Assembly: GCA_951406725.2 (NCBI GenBank) | Contig: OX597819.1 | Location: 47,554,001 to 47,618,000 of the forward strand | Direction: 5' to 3' | Source: Octopus vulgaris | Taxonomy: Eukaryota | Length of the DNA stretch: 64,000 bases | Shown: in pieces, positions 24,557 through 38,300 of the stretch | Layout of the letters: each line of letters begins with the position of its first letter | How positions within the stretch are numbered: the stretch's first letter is position 1 | The notes under the pieces: model-generated | Database searches by the model: none | What the model was told of the DNA's origin: nothing | What the model saw: the letters and a program-made list of their open reading frames with translations, nothing else | Translations under genes and position numbers: made by a program

Positions 24557-25243
24557 TATATATATATATTATATGGAGAGAGAGAGAGAGACATAAAAAT
24601 GACATGGGCTAAACAACTGCTCAGTTTTTATGCTTCAGAAACAATTTACATATTCTTGGTAAAGCCATTTTTTATCAACTTGAACTTTCCTTTCAATGGG
24701 CCCAAAATTTGCTTAATTTTACAGTATAACCTTTCAATTAAATAGAAAGCTTTTAAATTCATTTTGATTTTTATTATATTTCTATTTGGATATTTTCTTG
24801 AAGTTCATTTATAATTTTAATATTACAATTTGTGGCATTTTTAAATGTCTGAAAATTCTTGTTAGGATTTAGAATAGGCTCTACTAAATTTGCTTCATAT
24901 TTGATTACTTAAATTTTCTTCATCAATAAAATTATGAATATTCAAAATTGGATGCTGAAATTCTTTTGTTTGTATTTATTAATTTTTGCTAGTACACCTT
25001 AGCAATGGTAATGAAATCTTGTCCAAACCAATTTAACTGTTTGAAGATGAAAACAAATATATTTTAGATGTCAGTTCTGTAACAAGAGGCTTAAAAACAT
25101 GGGATGGCCAAAGCCCTGGAATACCAGTTAAACAACAGAAAACTTTATATCAATCAGCTCACACAGATCAATATTCCAGTTGTGTACAGTCTTCAACAAG
25201 ATAAAAGCTTAGAATATATATGTGTGTGTGTGTGTGTGTGCAT

Positions 25244-25577
25244 GAAGGCAAATGGCTCAGTGGTTAGAGCGTTGAGCTTATGATTGTGAGGTTGTAAGTT
25301 CGATTCTCGGACCGGACAGTGTGTTGTGTTCTTGAGCAAGACACTTTATTTTACATTGCTCCAGTTCACTCAGCTGTAGAAATGAGTTGTGACGTCACTG
25401 GTGCCAAGCTGTATTGGCCTTTGCCTTTCCTTTGGATATCATCAGTGGCGTGGAGAGGGGAAGCTGGTATGCATGGGCAACTGCTGGTCTTCCATAAACA
25501 ACCTTGTCCGGACTTGTGCCTCGGAGTGTAACTTTGTGGTTGCAATCCCACAGTCATTCATGACCTAAGGGGGTCTC
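25244..25577 (+). mobile_element. SINE family D (tRNA head + CORE-like)
   Basis: TGGCTCAGTGGTTAGAGC A box, GTTCGATTC B box, TTCTTGAGCAAGACACTT core. Confidence 0.9.
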
Positions 25578-25889
25578 AATATATATATATATTAATAGAC
25601 ACATTGTCCATCTGTTATATTTGTTATTCACCTCATTCAAAACCTGCTCCTTGAGTAGATCTAAAGTATGTTAAGGACCGTACATTTAGTACAATAAGCA
25701 TTTCTTGATTAGCTTCAGTACTATTGAAATACCCAGTTGGGTACAGTTAACCTGAACATCTTTCTGCCTGTATTTCGGCACCCACATATGTATTCCTCTA
25801 TTTTGTTGTGTACACATTTTGCCTTTCAACCTGATCTGCTGCCTTACCATTTAAGTGCATGATACACTTGAATCCTGATCTATTATATA

Positions 25890-26114
25890 TTAGAAATAAT
25901 TAATATTCAGTTGGATAAGGTACTTAAATTGATGCACCACACCAGCCTGGTATTATCCGCAAGGCTCAAAGCAAGGTGAATAAAAAGCAAATAAGTAACT
26001 GAAGATGGCGCTGTATTTCAAATTGATGTAATTGCTTGCATTGTTCAATTAAATGGAGCCACCTGAAACGGCCGTAATGCACTAATACCATGACATCCTT
26101 GTTACTTATTTGCT
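25890..26114 (+). mobile_element. Penelope pLTR-like fold-back unit with decayed HHR
   Basis: CTGAAGA (25999) TGGC...GCCA CCT GAAA-CGGCCG-TA (26065-26076); inverted AGCAAATAAGTAAC/GTTACTTATTTGCT; homolog at 31670-31925. Confidence 0.6.
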
Positions 26115-26127
26115 ATATGTGTGTGAA

Positions 26128-26973
26128 CTGCCATGCTTCATGGCAGTGAAACATGGGAGGTGACTGCTGAAGACATGCATAGGCTCAAAAGAAATGAGGC
26201 TAGCATGATCCGCTGGATGCGTAATGTCAGTGTGCACACACGACAGAGTGTAAGCACTCTTAGAGAAGGCGGCGAGCTGGCAGAAACGTAAGCATGCCGG
26301 GCGAAATGCTTAGCAGTATTTCATCTGTCGTTACTCTCTGAGTTCAAATTCCACCGAGGTTGACTTTGGTATGGTCATATACTACAGATGGATGAGGAGA
26401 GATGTGTGAAGAAGTGCCACTCCCAAACAGTGGAAGGAATCCGGGGTAGAGAGAGACCCAGGAAGACATGGGATGAGGTGGTCAAGCATGACCTTTGAAC
26501 ATTGGGCCTCACAGAGGCAATGACAAAAGACTGAGACATCTGGAGATATGCTGTGACTGAGAAGACCTGGCAAATAAAATGAGTTTACTGCTGTAACCTA
26601 CACAAGTGTCGCATAACCAGCCCACTCAAAAGTACCTTGGATCATAGGGTGACATGCTGTGCTTGAGGAGACCTATTGAGTCAAGTACATCAAAACCAAA
26701 ATCAAATGGAAATTGTAGTTATGATCCTTGTGCTAGTGGCACGTAAAAAGCACCAACCGATCGTGGTCGCTGCCAACCCCCTCTGGCCCCTGTACCAGTG
26801 GCATGTAAAAAGCACCCACTACACTCTCAGAGTGGTTGGCATTATGAAGGGCATCAAGCTGTAGAAACACTGCCAAATCAGACTGGAGCCTGGTGCAGCC
26901 TCCTGGCTTCCCAGACCCCAGTCGAACCGTCCAACCCATGCCAGCATGGAAAACGGACGTTAAACGATGATGA

Positions 26974-26975
<2 letters not shown>
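26128..26975 (+). mobile_element. 5'-truncated RTE family B LINE with nested SINE C head (26266-26368)
   Basis: TAMLHGSETW-like start, RGRERPRKTWDEVVK-like end, family B UTR and (GAT)n tail. Confidence 0.9.
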
Positions 26976-27007
<32 letters not shown>

Positions 27008-27039
27008 AGAGAGAGATAATATGTCAAATGTTTTCCTAA

Positions 27040-27380
27040 GTAAACTCCAATTGCAGTTAGGTGGACATGTTCGCATGATAGATCAAAGAGGAGATATAAA
27101 GACATTCTCAGAACAATCTTGAAAAAGTATAACTTAGGATGGTCTACTTCAGAATATCTTGCTCAAGATCATTTTCTGTGGCATAGTGCTGAGTACTCCA
27201 CAGTACAGCACTCAGAATCAGAAATGATCGGAGAAGCTTAAAGAGAGAAGACTTACATGGAAAGTAAGAGTTCCCATCAGGTCCTGCTTCTACAGTTATG
27301 TGCTCCCACTGTAACCATGGAGTTTATGACAAAATTGACCTAATAAGCCACATCAGGAACCACAAAGAATAAAGCTGCTA
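27040..27380 (+). mobile_element. decayed RTE (BovB-like) 3' fragment
   Basis: Resembles the element at 58270-58765 (QL..GHVRM, YKD.L, C..C, LISHIRNH). Confidence 0.45.
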
Positions 27381-27439
27381 ATCTGGTCATTTTCATTGAG
27401 AAGACGTTGGTGTTGCCTTGTTATTATTATTATTATTAT

Positions 27440-27969
27440 TAAGGTGGTGAGCTGGCAGAATTGTTAGTACGGTGGGCAAAATGCTTAAAAGTATTTCATC
27501 TATTCTTACATTCTGAGTTCAGATTCCACTGAGGTTGACTTTGCCTTTCATCCTTTTGGGGTTGATAAAATAAGTACCAGTTGAACTCTGGGATCGATGT
27601 ATTTGACTTACCTCTCCTCCAACACAGCTGGCCTGGTGCCATAACTTGAAATTATTATTATTATTATTATTATTATTCATTTAATGTCCGCTTTCCATGC
27701 TAGCATGGGTTGAACGATTTGACTGACGAACCAGATGGCTGCACCAGGCTCCAGTCTGATCTGGCAGAGTTTCTACAGCTAGATGCCCTTCCTAACGCAA
27801 ACCACTCTGAGAGTGTAGTGGGTGCTTTTACGTGCCACCGGCACAAGGGCCAGTCTGGTGGCACTGGCAACGGCCACGCTCAAATGGTGTTTTTTTACGT
27901 GCCACCTGCACAGGAGTCTGTCCAGCGGCACGGGCAACGACCTCGCTCAAATGTTTTGTTCAGGTGCCA

Positions 27970-28046
<77 letters not shown>

Positions 28047-28511
28047 CATTATTATTATTAAGGCAGCAAGCTGGCAGAATTGTTAGCATGCTGGTCAAAA
28101 TGCTTAGCGGTATTTTGTCTGCTGCTACATTCTCAGTTCAAATACCACTGAAGTTGACTTTGCCTTTCATCCTTTCAGGCTCAATGAAATAAATATCAGT
28201 TGAGCACTGGGTTGATGTGATCAGCTATCTCCCTCCCCTCAAATTCCAGGCCTTGTGCCTTTTCTAGAAAGGATTATTATTGTTACTATTTTTATTAAGG
28301 CAGTAAGCTGACAGAATCGTTAGCATGCTGGGTAAACTGCTTTGCAGCATTTCATCCGTCTTCATGTTTTGAGTTCAAATTCTGCTAAGGTCAATTTTGC
28401 GTTTTATCTTTTCAGGGTCAATAAATTAAGTGCCAGTGAAACACTGGGGGTCGATGTAATCAACAAGTCCCCTCCCCACAAATTTGAGGTCTTCTGCCTC
28501 CAGTAGAAAGG

Positions 28512-28586
<75 letters not shown>

Positions 28587-28905
28587 AACATGGCTAGCTG
28601 GCAGAATTGTTAGCACACCGGGTGAAACGCTTACTGGTATTTCATCTGTTTTCATGTTCTGAGTTCAAATTCCGCCGAAGTCGACTTTGCCTTTCATCCT
28701 TTTGGGGTTGATAAAATAAGTACCGGTTGCATACGGGGGTTGGTGTAATCAACTATCACCCCCTCCACCCCACTTACCCCATCCCCCACTGCAAAAAAAT
28801 TCAGGCCTTGTACCTATAGTAGAAAGGATTATTATTAAAGCTGGTGAGCTGGCAGAATTGCTAGTATGCCAGACTAAATGCTTAAATGCTTAGTAGCATT
28901 TCAGC
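27440..28905 (+). mobile_element. head-to-tail array of ~5 SINE C copies joined by (TTA)n, with a reverse family B copy at 27678-27965
   Basis: Heads at ~27441, 28060, 28297, 28590, 28838, each preceded by ATT repeats; tails ...AGAAAGGATTATTATT. Confidence 0.85.
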
Positions 28906-29129
28906 CATGCCTGTGCCTATGATATTTGAGAGATTCAACTGTTATTTCTTGCAGATCAAGTAACTTCATTGAAACTCCATCTGTTAGAGAAAACCTACAA
29001 TGAAATAGTTTTTTAAACCGCTCCATTTTTATTCTACTTCCTCTTAAATATGAAGGATATATTTCAAAACTGTAATTGTGATTGTGATAAAAGCATTTTG
29101 AGATTAAAAAAAGTAAATAACATTAATAA

Positions 29130-29545
29130 TTGCTGTAAGAATAACCAGGAAAGAATGCACCTCCTAATTGAAGTACCAATCCTAATATATGATAATGTGT
29201 TTTTCATAGAGACAGAGAAATTATCCTAATATAAAGATCTAGAAATAGATATAACTTGGATGTGTGTTGAGGGTGATGAAAGCAGAAACAATCTCAATAA
29301 TAATTGTTACTTTGGGAATGAAGACAAATGCATAACCAAAACTACAAGACTTAGGAATATGGGTAACATATGAAAAGTAGCACCAACAGGTATTACACAA
29401 ATATTGCATAGAGTACTTTCAATACCATAGAAACAAAAAAACCAAAACAAACGAAAAAACTATATATCTAAGGCATACAGAACTGAGCTTAGCAGAACTA
29501 TGCAATAAAAGAAAGGCTACTGAATTATAATAATAATAATAATTT
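29130..29545 (+). mobile_element. R4/Dong-like LINE 3' end (restriction-like endonuclease relic)
   Basis: C.L.IEVPI..YDNV...ETEKLS*YKDLEI...KAETI.III.TLG motif, followed by (TAA)n. Confidence 0.7.
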
Positions 29546-30695
29546 TTTCTACAATAGATACAAAGCCTAAACTTTAGTGGGATGTGGGTAAGTTGATTTC
29601 ATTGACCCCAAAACTTGACTGGTACTTATTTTATCAACCCACAAAAAGATAATGACAAAGTCGACCTCATTGGAATTTGAACTCAAAATGTAAAGCTAGA
29701 AGAAATTCCACCAAGCATTTTGTCTGGCATGCTAATGATTCTGCCAGCTGGCCAGTTTTATTATTATAGTAATCTTTTCTACTCTAGGCAGAAGTCTTGA
29801 AATTTTGAGAGAGGAGGCTTGTTGATTACATCAATCCACAGTGCTCAATAGGTTTTTATTTCATTAACCCTTAAAGGGTGAAAGGTAATGTTGAGCTTGG
29901 CAGAATTTGAACTCAGAACATAAAACCAGAAGAAATGCCACTAGGCATTTTGTCTAACATGCTAATGATTCTGCCATCTTGACACATCATCATCATCATC
30001 ATCATCATTTAACATCCATTTTCCATACCAGCATGGGTTGAATGATTTGACAGGAGCCAAACAGTTGAAGGGCTGTTTAGGCTCCTTGTCTGATATGGCA
30101 TGGTTTCTATGGCTGGATGCCCTTCCTAACACCAACAACTTTACAGTGTGTACTGGGTGCTTTTACACAGCATCAGCATGGGTGCTTTTTATGTGCCACC
30201 AACACCTATGAGCCTGCAAGATTAGGGATGCTCAACTGGAGAGAATTGTAGTTTCAAATTTTGGCACAAGGCCAGTTATGGGCGGGGGGTAAGTCAATTA
30301 TATCAACCCCAGCATTCAACTGGCACTTATTTTATTGACCTTGAAAGGTTGAAAGGCAAAGTTGACCTCAAAAGAATTTTGAACTCTGAACATAAAGATG
30401 AGCGAAATACTGCTAAGCATTTTATGTAGCATGTTAATGATTTTGCCAGCTTGCCACCTTTATAAGAATAATAATAATAATCCTTTCTACTATAGGCACA
30501 AGGTCTGAAATTTGGGGGAGGAGACTAGTTGATTACATTGACCCCAATGTTTCAATGGTACTTAATTTATTGACCCCAAAAGGATGAAAGGCAAAGTCAA
30601 CCTTGGTGGATTTTGAATTCAGAACATAACAATAGATGAAATGCTCACTAAGCATTTTGCTTGGTGTGCTAACGATTCAGCCAGCTCACCACTTT
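29545..30695 (-). mobile_element. array of ~4 reverse SINE C copies plus a family B relic (29985-30240)
   Basis: Repeated GAATTTGAACTCAGAA...GCTAATGATTCTGCCAGCT reverse heads separated by (AAT)n. Confidence 0.8.
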
Positions 30696-30819
30696 AATAA
30701 TAATAATAATAATAATAATAACAACAACAACAACATCAACGACGACGATGACGACGACGACGACGACGATGATGATGATGGTGATGATGGTGATGATGAT
30801 GATAATAATGATAATAATG

Positions 30820-30855
<36 letters not shown>
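30695..30855. repeat. compound trinucleotide microsatellite (AAT/AAC/GAC/GAT)
   Basis: Direct reading. Confidence 0.95.
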
Positions 30856-30889
30856 GATATGTATGCAATCCTCCTAAGTATGAAATAAC

Positions 30890-31075
30890 CCAGCTATGAA
30901 AAAATGAAGAAGGTGAAGATAGTGCCAATTATTGTTGGTTCCATGGGGACAATATGAGAAGTGTCAAGTGGAGTATAAAGGAAATCAGAATAGAATACCC
31001 AGTAGATCTGTTACAAAAAGTTTGTCTCCTTGGCACGGCCAGAATAATCAGGAAAGTATTAGATAGTTGAAAAGA
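30890..31075 (+). mobile_element. R4/Dong-like LINE C-terminus
   Basis: MKKVKIVPIIVGSMGT ... IRIEYPVDLLQKVCLLGTARIIRKVLDS*; zinc-knuckle relic CRLCSDK..SVWYIVNECTK at ~31520-31620. Confidence 0.75.
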
Positions 31076-31132
31076 ACTAATAGCATAGGCATGCAAGATT
31101 CCAGGAGTTACAGCAAAACCTAAAATAAAAAG

Positions 31133-31486
31133 AACAAGAGCACTCAGAGAGCACAAACCTTCACCAAGGCAACACCAATGTTCTCTCAATGATTAACCAG
31201 AGAATATCTGAAATAAACTCGACTGCTCTCACAAACAAGAATATTAAAAATGAACCCGACCACTCTCAAAAATTAAGTAAAAAAAACAGAAAAATAACCC
31301 AGAATTCTTGTCTGGTACTGGATCGATCCCAAAATCTAGTCAGTTTGTGCCAGTCATGAGGCCAAACATCCCTGAAAGTTTCATCCAAATCCATCCGGCG
31401 GTTCTTGAGATATCTTGTCCATGGACAAACAAACAAACAAACACAACTGAAAACAATACCTCTGCCTTTGCTAAGACGAAGGTAAT
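31133..31486 (-). mobile_element. HINE/DINE-1-like element (reverse copy of 18341-18709)
   Basis: Reverse-complement match; ORF 31266..31499 mirrors ORF 18287..18559. Confidence 0.8.
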
Positions 31487-31621
31487 AAATAATAAGCACT
31501 TAGAGCAAGTTACACTTAATGCAGAATTGACAACAAATCAAAAGGTGATCAGTGCAGATTGTGTAGTGATAAAGGTGTAAGCGTCTGGTATATTGTGAAT
31601 GAGTGCACAAAGTCTGGCCAA

Positions 31622-31669
<48 letters not shown>

Positions 31670-31670
<1 letters not shown>

Positions 31671-31925
31671 AGAAATAATTAAGATTCAGTTGAATTAGGT
31701 ATTTAAGTTGAGGCACCAAGTCAGTCCGGTATTATCTGCACAGCTTGAAGTAAGGTGAATAAAAAGCAAATAAGTAACAAGGATGTCAAGGTATTAGTGC
31801 ATTACAGCTGTTTCAGGCAGTGTATTTCAAATTGATGTAATGCCTGCATCGTTTGCTTAAATGGAGCCACCTGAAACGGCCGCAATGCACTAATATCTCA
31901 ACATCCTTGTTACTTATTTACTTTA
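31670..31925 (+). mobile_element. Penelope pLTR-like fold-back unit (same family as 25890-26114)
   Basis: Inverted arms 31765-31817 / 31870-31922; HHR 3' half GAAA-CGGCCG-CA; (TA)n flanks. Confidence 0.65.
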
Positions 31926-31937
31926 TATATATATATA

Positions 31938-32336
31938 CTAGCAGTGTCACCCGGCGTTGCTCAGGTTTGTAAGGGAAATAACTATATAAGCATTTTTAGA
32001 GATGTAAAGTATAATAGCCATCTCAATATGGCTAACCACAAAGGGGGGGGGTGTTACTGTAGCTTTTTACGTTCTGAGATTTAATAATAAATTTTTAGAG
32101 AGTTACTTCCCTTGTATATGCCAAAAATGCATTAAAAATGGGAAAAATTGATGGTAAATTTTTTTTTAAAATCGTAGACTCATCGTAGACGCGTGCTAAT
32201 ACCCAGAAGGGCTCGATATGAATCACGACTATAAGATACCCAGTTTTGGTTAAACTGCACTGCAAAATGTGCGAGTAGTTAGGAATCTAAATCGTAGGAG
32301 ACAGACAGCACACAACCTCACTTTTATATATAAAGA
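31938..32336 (-). mobile_element. non-autonomous Helitron
   Basis: Minus strand starts TC and ends with CCTGAGCAACGCCGGG hairpin then CTAG; inserted between A and T. Confidence 0.8.
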
Positions 32337-33419
32337 TATATATTTATAGGAAGATATGATAATATCACAACAATGATTCATTGAGAGCTGTGCAACAAGT
32401 ATGGGTTGGATAGAGTAAGACAATGGAGACAGTACAAAGGTGGAATACACAGGAAAACAACATGCAAGACACAACAAGGGGTTTACATCATGTATGGATG
32501 ATACACAGATATTGTATTTTAGTGTTTGAAATGTATCCATCAAAGATATAGGAAAAGAGAAATAAAACTTTAATGAAATGACAACGTTAAAATGATTATA
32601 TTGTTAACTGCCACACCATCACCAGAAAATGAAATGAATAATTATCATAATACTGCTGCTGCTGCTGCTGATGATGATGATGACGATGACAACGACGATG
32701 ATGGCGATAATGATGGTGGTGATGGTGATGATGACGATGATTAGAATAGTAATGAATTTTTTCATTATATTAAAGGGAGTTGTTTATTAAATTAAACTTT
32801 CAATTTTATTGTCAGTGCTACTTTATTTTTATACATTTAAAAATAAAATAATTTCATAAGAATGTTTTATATTTTTTACCATTTTCTATATTTTCTCTTA
32901 AAAATTTTTTTTCATTATTATTGTTTCATACTATTCATTATATTTTCTTCTAAAATACTGATCATCTCCCAATCCTAACTTCTATGTTGAACTGTTTTTA
33001 GCAATTTGATAAACAAACAAATGTATTATAATTAATAAAATTAAAGTATTACCTTTGATTGCTTTCTTTTCATTTAGCCACACCTATCTTTATTGCTTTT
33101 CTTTTACCTATTTCTTTATATATTTTTCCATAATTTCTTTTGGTATTATTTTTTATAATTCTTTTCTTAATTTTCTTCAATCTTATCTATAACAATTCAT
33201 ATGCACACCACAAAAATATATATAAGTATGTGTGTGTGTGTGTGTGTATGTGTGTACTAATATGTATTTGAATAAAATAGTTTGAATGAAGAATTATATG
33301 CTGTTACAGTAGATAAAAATTTGATAAGATTAAAACAAGGCAAAATGAGACACAAAGTGAACTACAAATACGAAGACAGAACAACAGTTGAAGTTTTACC
33401 TTGTATTTTGATATTCTGG

Positions 33420-33740
33420 ACATGTGAAGAAATGTGAGATGAAATAAATTATTGCTCAGATATGTAAAAGAGGGTAGTGGCTTGAACTGACTGATGTTGT
33501 TATAATAATCATTCTGCTTCATATAGTTCTTTTCTGTTGACACCAGCTTGTTAATAAGATTGGTCTCCTTGATTTGAAGGTTACCTATATTATATTTAGT
33601 GGTCTTGATGGATACTGTAAAGTCCTGGATCTGGCACTTCTGCAAGTGTTTATGGATTGAAGTATTTGTTGAGGACAGGGAATAGACCAGAAGTCGGTCA
33701 GGTTGTTGGGGTGGAAGTAGGAAGGAGCAGTATGTGCCAG
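33420..33740 (-). mobile_element. possible Penelope GIY-YIG C-terminal relic
   Basis: ORF 33304..33762 segment SIHKHLQKC..DFTVSI...LQIKETNLINKL resembles PLE endonuclease tails. Confidence 0.35.
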
Positions 33741-34802
33741 TATAGTGGGTGAGCAGATGCACTTATATAGTCTTGCATGCATGTGTATATTGATGCGAGT
33801 GCATGCATCTGTATATGTGCACATGCATGTCTGCACACACACACACACATGGATGAACATACACACATGGATGAACATACACACATGCACACACACACAC
33901 ATGCACATGCACACACATGCATATGCACACATGCACACACATACAAACACACACATGCGAAGTCATTCAGATGTACATATGTATATTTGTTTGCATACGA
34001 GTGATTTTTTTAAATTTCCCACAAGGGGACAACATAGATAAGGGACAATGCAATCTGATTGGGATCAGATGGACAGATGGATATAACATAAAGATGACAT
34101 TAAAAATTCACAAAAATATAAATAAATCGAATGGTAGGACAGACCAGAAAACATTACGGATGGAGTGGGAAGGCGGGTTCAATTTGGACCCCACGAGCCC
34201 TGCCACACCACTGATACCTGAGATACGTCCTGCGTTGCATTCATGAGGTTACATTCACTTGCAACATCCATGCTACATTCTTCCATCGATTTTCAAACAT
34301 TTTCACAGTCAGGCATTTTCTTTCCAGCCCTATCTTACTTTTATGGTGAAAAGTGAAATAATACATACACATGCATACGAGTGTGTATGCACACACACAT
34401 GCAGGTGCACATGTGCATTTACATTCATGTGTACACAAGTGTACATGTGTAAAACAAGTGTTGGGTATTGGTAAGTGTTGGGGGTTAGTATGTGTTAGGG
34501 GTTGGTAAACATTGGGAATTAGGAAATGGCGATCCAGCTCATGGAATTGGTTGGTAGCAGTAACCTTGGTGCAGGCAGTGCAAAGTAGCAGCTGGTGCTA
34601 AGGTGATATATCCGGGTTGTGAGCGGTCAGAGGTCTGAAATTTGCCAGAACGGCATATTTCTGGTGACAGCAATATGATAAATCATACCTCTTGTTGATG
34701 GATACTGTGCGTTATTGGAGGATATTTCATGGAGGCAGAGATGGCAGTTGGGGGCACTGGGTGAATGTAGTGGTGCTCTGTATATATATATATGTATATA
34801 TC

Positions 34803-34849
<47 letters not shown>

Positions 34850-34850
<1 letters not shown>

Positions 34851-35149
34851 GAGGCACATGGCCTAGTGTTTAGAGCAGCGGACTTGCGCTTGAAGGATCG
34901 CAGGTTCAAATCTCAGACCGGGTGAAGTGTATGTTTATGAGCGAAACACCTAAACTCGAACATGGCTCTGGCAGAAGATAATGGCAAACTTCTGCTGACT
35001 CATTCGCCACAACTTTCTCTCACTTTTTCCTCTTGCATCTTGCAGCTCACCTGCAACGGACCAGCGTCCCGTCCAGGTGGAGAACATATATACCAAGGAA
35101 ACCGGAAACTTATGAGCCAGGCATGGCTCATGTAGGAACAAACAACAAC

Positions 35150-35150
<1 letters not shown>
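34850..35150 (+). mobile_element. SINE family F (tRNA head + Meta-domain-like 3' region)
   Basis: TGGCCTAGTG/GGTTCAAATC boxes; CCTGCAACGGACCAGCGTCCCGTCCAGG...GGAAACCGG...GAGCC...TGGCTC; (AAC)n tail. Confidence 0.75.
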
Positions 35151-35180
<30 letters not shown>

Positions 35181-35215
35181 ATATATACATATGTGATATA
35201 TATATAAATATATAT

Positions 35216-35283
<68 letters not shown>

Positions 35284-35291
35284 ATATATGT

Positions 35292-35559
35292 CACCTTACT
35301 GGCACCTGTGCCGGTGGCATGTGTAAAAGACTCGAGCGAGGTCGTTGCCAGTACCGCCTGACTGGCCCCGTGCCGGTGGCATGTAAAATGCACCCACTAC
35401 ACTCTCGGAGTGGTTGGTGTTAGGAAGGGCATCAAGCTGTAGAAACTCTGCCAGATCAAGATTGAAGCCTGGTGCAGCCATCTGGTTCGCCAGCCCTCAG
35501 TCATTCATCCAATCCATGCTAGCATGGAAAGCAGACGTTAAACGATGATGATGATGATG

Positions 35560-35560
<1 letters not shown>
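35292..35560 (+). mobile_element. RTE family B 3' UTR
   Basis: Conserved UTR and (GAT)n tail. Confidence 0.85.
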
Positions 35561-35590
<30 letters not shown>

Positions 35591-35844
35591 TATAAACATA
35601 CATATACACAAATATTTTCACATAGGCTGATGTGCATAGATATGCATAAAATGTTTTCCTTCAAACCAATTCCCTTTAATTCTTTAATAAACATTCTTTT
35701 AGACTACATTAACGAAGACTGCATTTGAAATTCTTTTCTACTAATCATTTTGCTTCATTTGCTCTGCTACTGCACCAGATGTTTCTGTCACTGGTGCAAT
35801 CCTTAACTCTTTCAAGAACACTACTAGCAGCAAGTATGCTTATA

Positions 35845-36315
<471 letters not shown>

Positions 36316-37819
36316 GTACAGTTATTGGTAATGTACAACACATGCGCCCATGGAGATAGCACTCAGGTGGAGATAACAGGAAATGACGATGAAAGTAAAA
36401 TAGCCTCAATTTATGCACTTCCATGCTTTTGAATATTACTCATCTCTCAGCCAAAGCCTTCTAAAATCTATCTACTTTAGAAGACCGTACATGGATTTTA
36501 TGCAGAATGATGCAGGCATGGGTGTGTGTGGTTAAAAAGACTCCTTCCCAATCATGTTGTAGTGTGTTCGGTCTCACATCATGGCTTCCTGGGCAAGCGT
36601 TTTCTACTAAAACCCTGGGTCAAACTAAGCTTTGTGAGTATATATGGTAGATAGAAACTTAAAGAAACCTGTCATGTGTGTGTGTCTATGTGTGTGTATT
36701 TGTCTATATGTGTGTGGTGTGTGTATTTGTATACACACACATACATGCATACATACATGCATACATACATGCACACATGCTCACACACATGCACATATAT
36801 ACATACTTATCTGTATGTGTCTGTGTTGGTGTTTGTCTGTGAATGTATATGGAGCAATGGCAAATATATTGCTCTGTAATGTTTTAATCTTCCATTTTTA
36901 CTCTATATTCTAATGACACACTGCTGACCAGAAGAACTAATAAATTGAATTTTGGTACCATTTCCTATGTTGGGTGCAAATTCAATTTTTGAGAAATCAT
37001 CTGCAGTCATTTTTTTAACAAGGGGCCTTCAATATTTATGTAGCTTGAGGCTTCGCCTTCTTTTTTAAAACAGTAGTATATGATCTGATAGAGATTTGAC
37101 TACTATTTCCAGCAGATTGTGTAAGCACTTAGAAGCCCCTAAGTTAGCTTGTGAGTGTTGGTCATTTAATTTATGCTAATCAAAAACAAGAAACATCAAT
37201 AATTATTGTATATTTGAGAAGGGTCGTTTTGCCAAAATGGTTTTTGAGGATCTTTTTGTCCTTCTATATTCTGATTACAAATTTTTCCAAAGCCAACATT
37301 GATTTTTAACCCCGTGAGGCTAATAAAATAAGTACCAGGCACATATAAACAATTCTATCCCCTTCTATCTAGAGATATGTGATCTTGCACCAAGGTTGGA
37401 TATTAATAATACAGAGAATCTGGTTATATTGACTATGTACTGTATTTCATATGAAATCATTTATAAAGTTACTTTGTTTAAAACAAAATTTGTTGAGGTT
37501 ACAGATGATCTGAACTTGGAAAAGTCTTATAGATTTTTATTTCAGATAGTAGCAATTAAAAGATTAAATCTTCACTAAAAATTTTCCTCTCTAATTAAAA
37601 AAAAAATGATATATGAAAAACAATTTTTAAATCTTTCTTTTATTGTTTGAATCTGAGAAATAAAAATTGTATTTCTGCCATTCCATTCTTATTTCTGCTG
37701 ATTTTAAATGTAATGTCAGTTTTACATTTTATTTAATTTTCTGTAAGACATTTAAACAATTTCTAATTTATACACTCATTGCATTTAAACAAATATCACT
37801 GTCCTCATTGTCTTCATGC

Positions 37820-37959
37820 TTTCTTTCCTCTTCTTCTTCCCCCTCCTCCTCCTCTTCCACCTCCATCTCCACTCCACCTCCTCCTCCTCTTCCACCTTCA
37901 TCTCCACTCCACCTCCTCCTCCTCCTCTTGCTTCATATTATCATTCTTATCATCACTAG

Positions 37960-37990
<31 letters not shown>

Positions 37991-38300
37991 TCCACCTCCA
38001 CCACCACCATCATTTTAACTCCCATTAACACCACCATAATCATAGATATCACCACCATCACTACCATCATCATTGCCCACCATCTCCTCCTCCTCCTCAT
38101 TATCTTCATTACTGTCATCACCTCCCCTCAAACCACCACCACCACCACCACCACCAGCATCACAACTAATACTACAACCACTTAACCATTACCACCAAAA
38201 TAACTGCTTTCATCACATCACTTACAACATTGTCATCACTACTACCACTGTTATAGTTTTCCTGCTCCTCTTCCCCTTCCAAAGCATCATCATCTCACTT
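37820..38300. repeat. low-complexity CCT/ACT/ACC/CAT trinucleotide region
   Basis: Direct reading. Confidence 0.9.

Noticed and set aside
36410-36460. Minus-strand CTGAGAGA-TGAGT/ATTCA-AAAG hammerhead candidate
   Set aside because: GAAA box and stem I not satisfied
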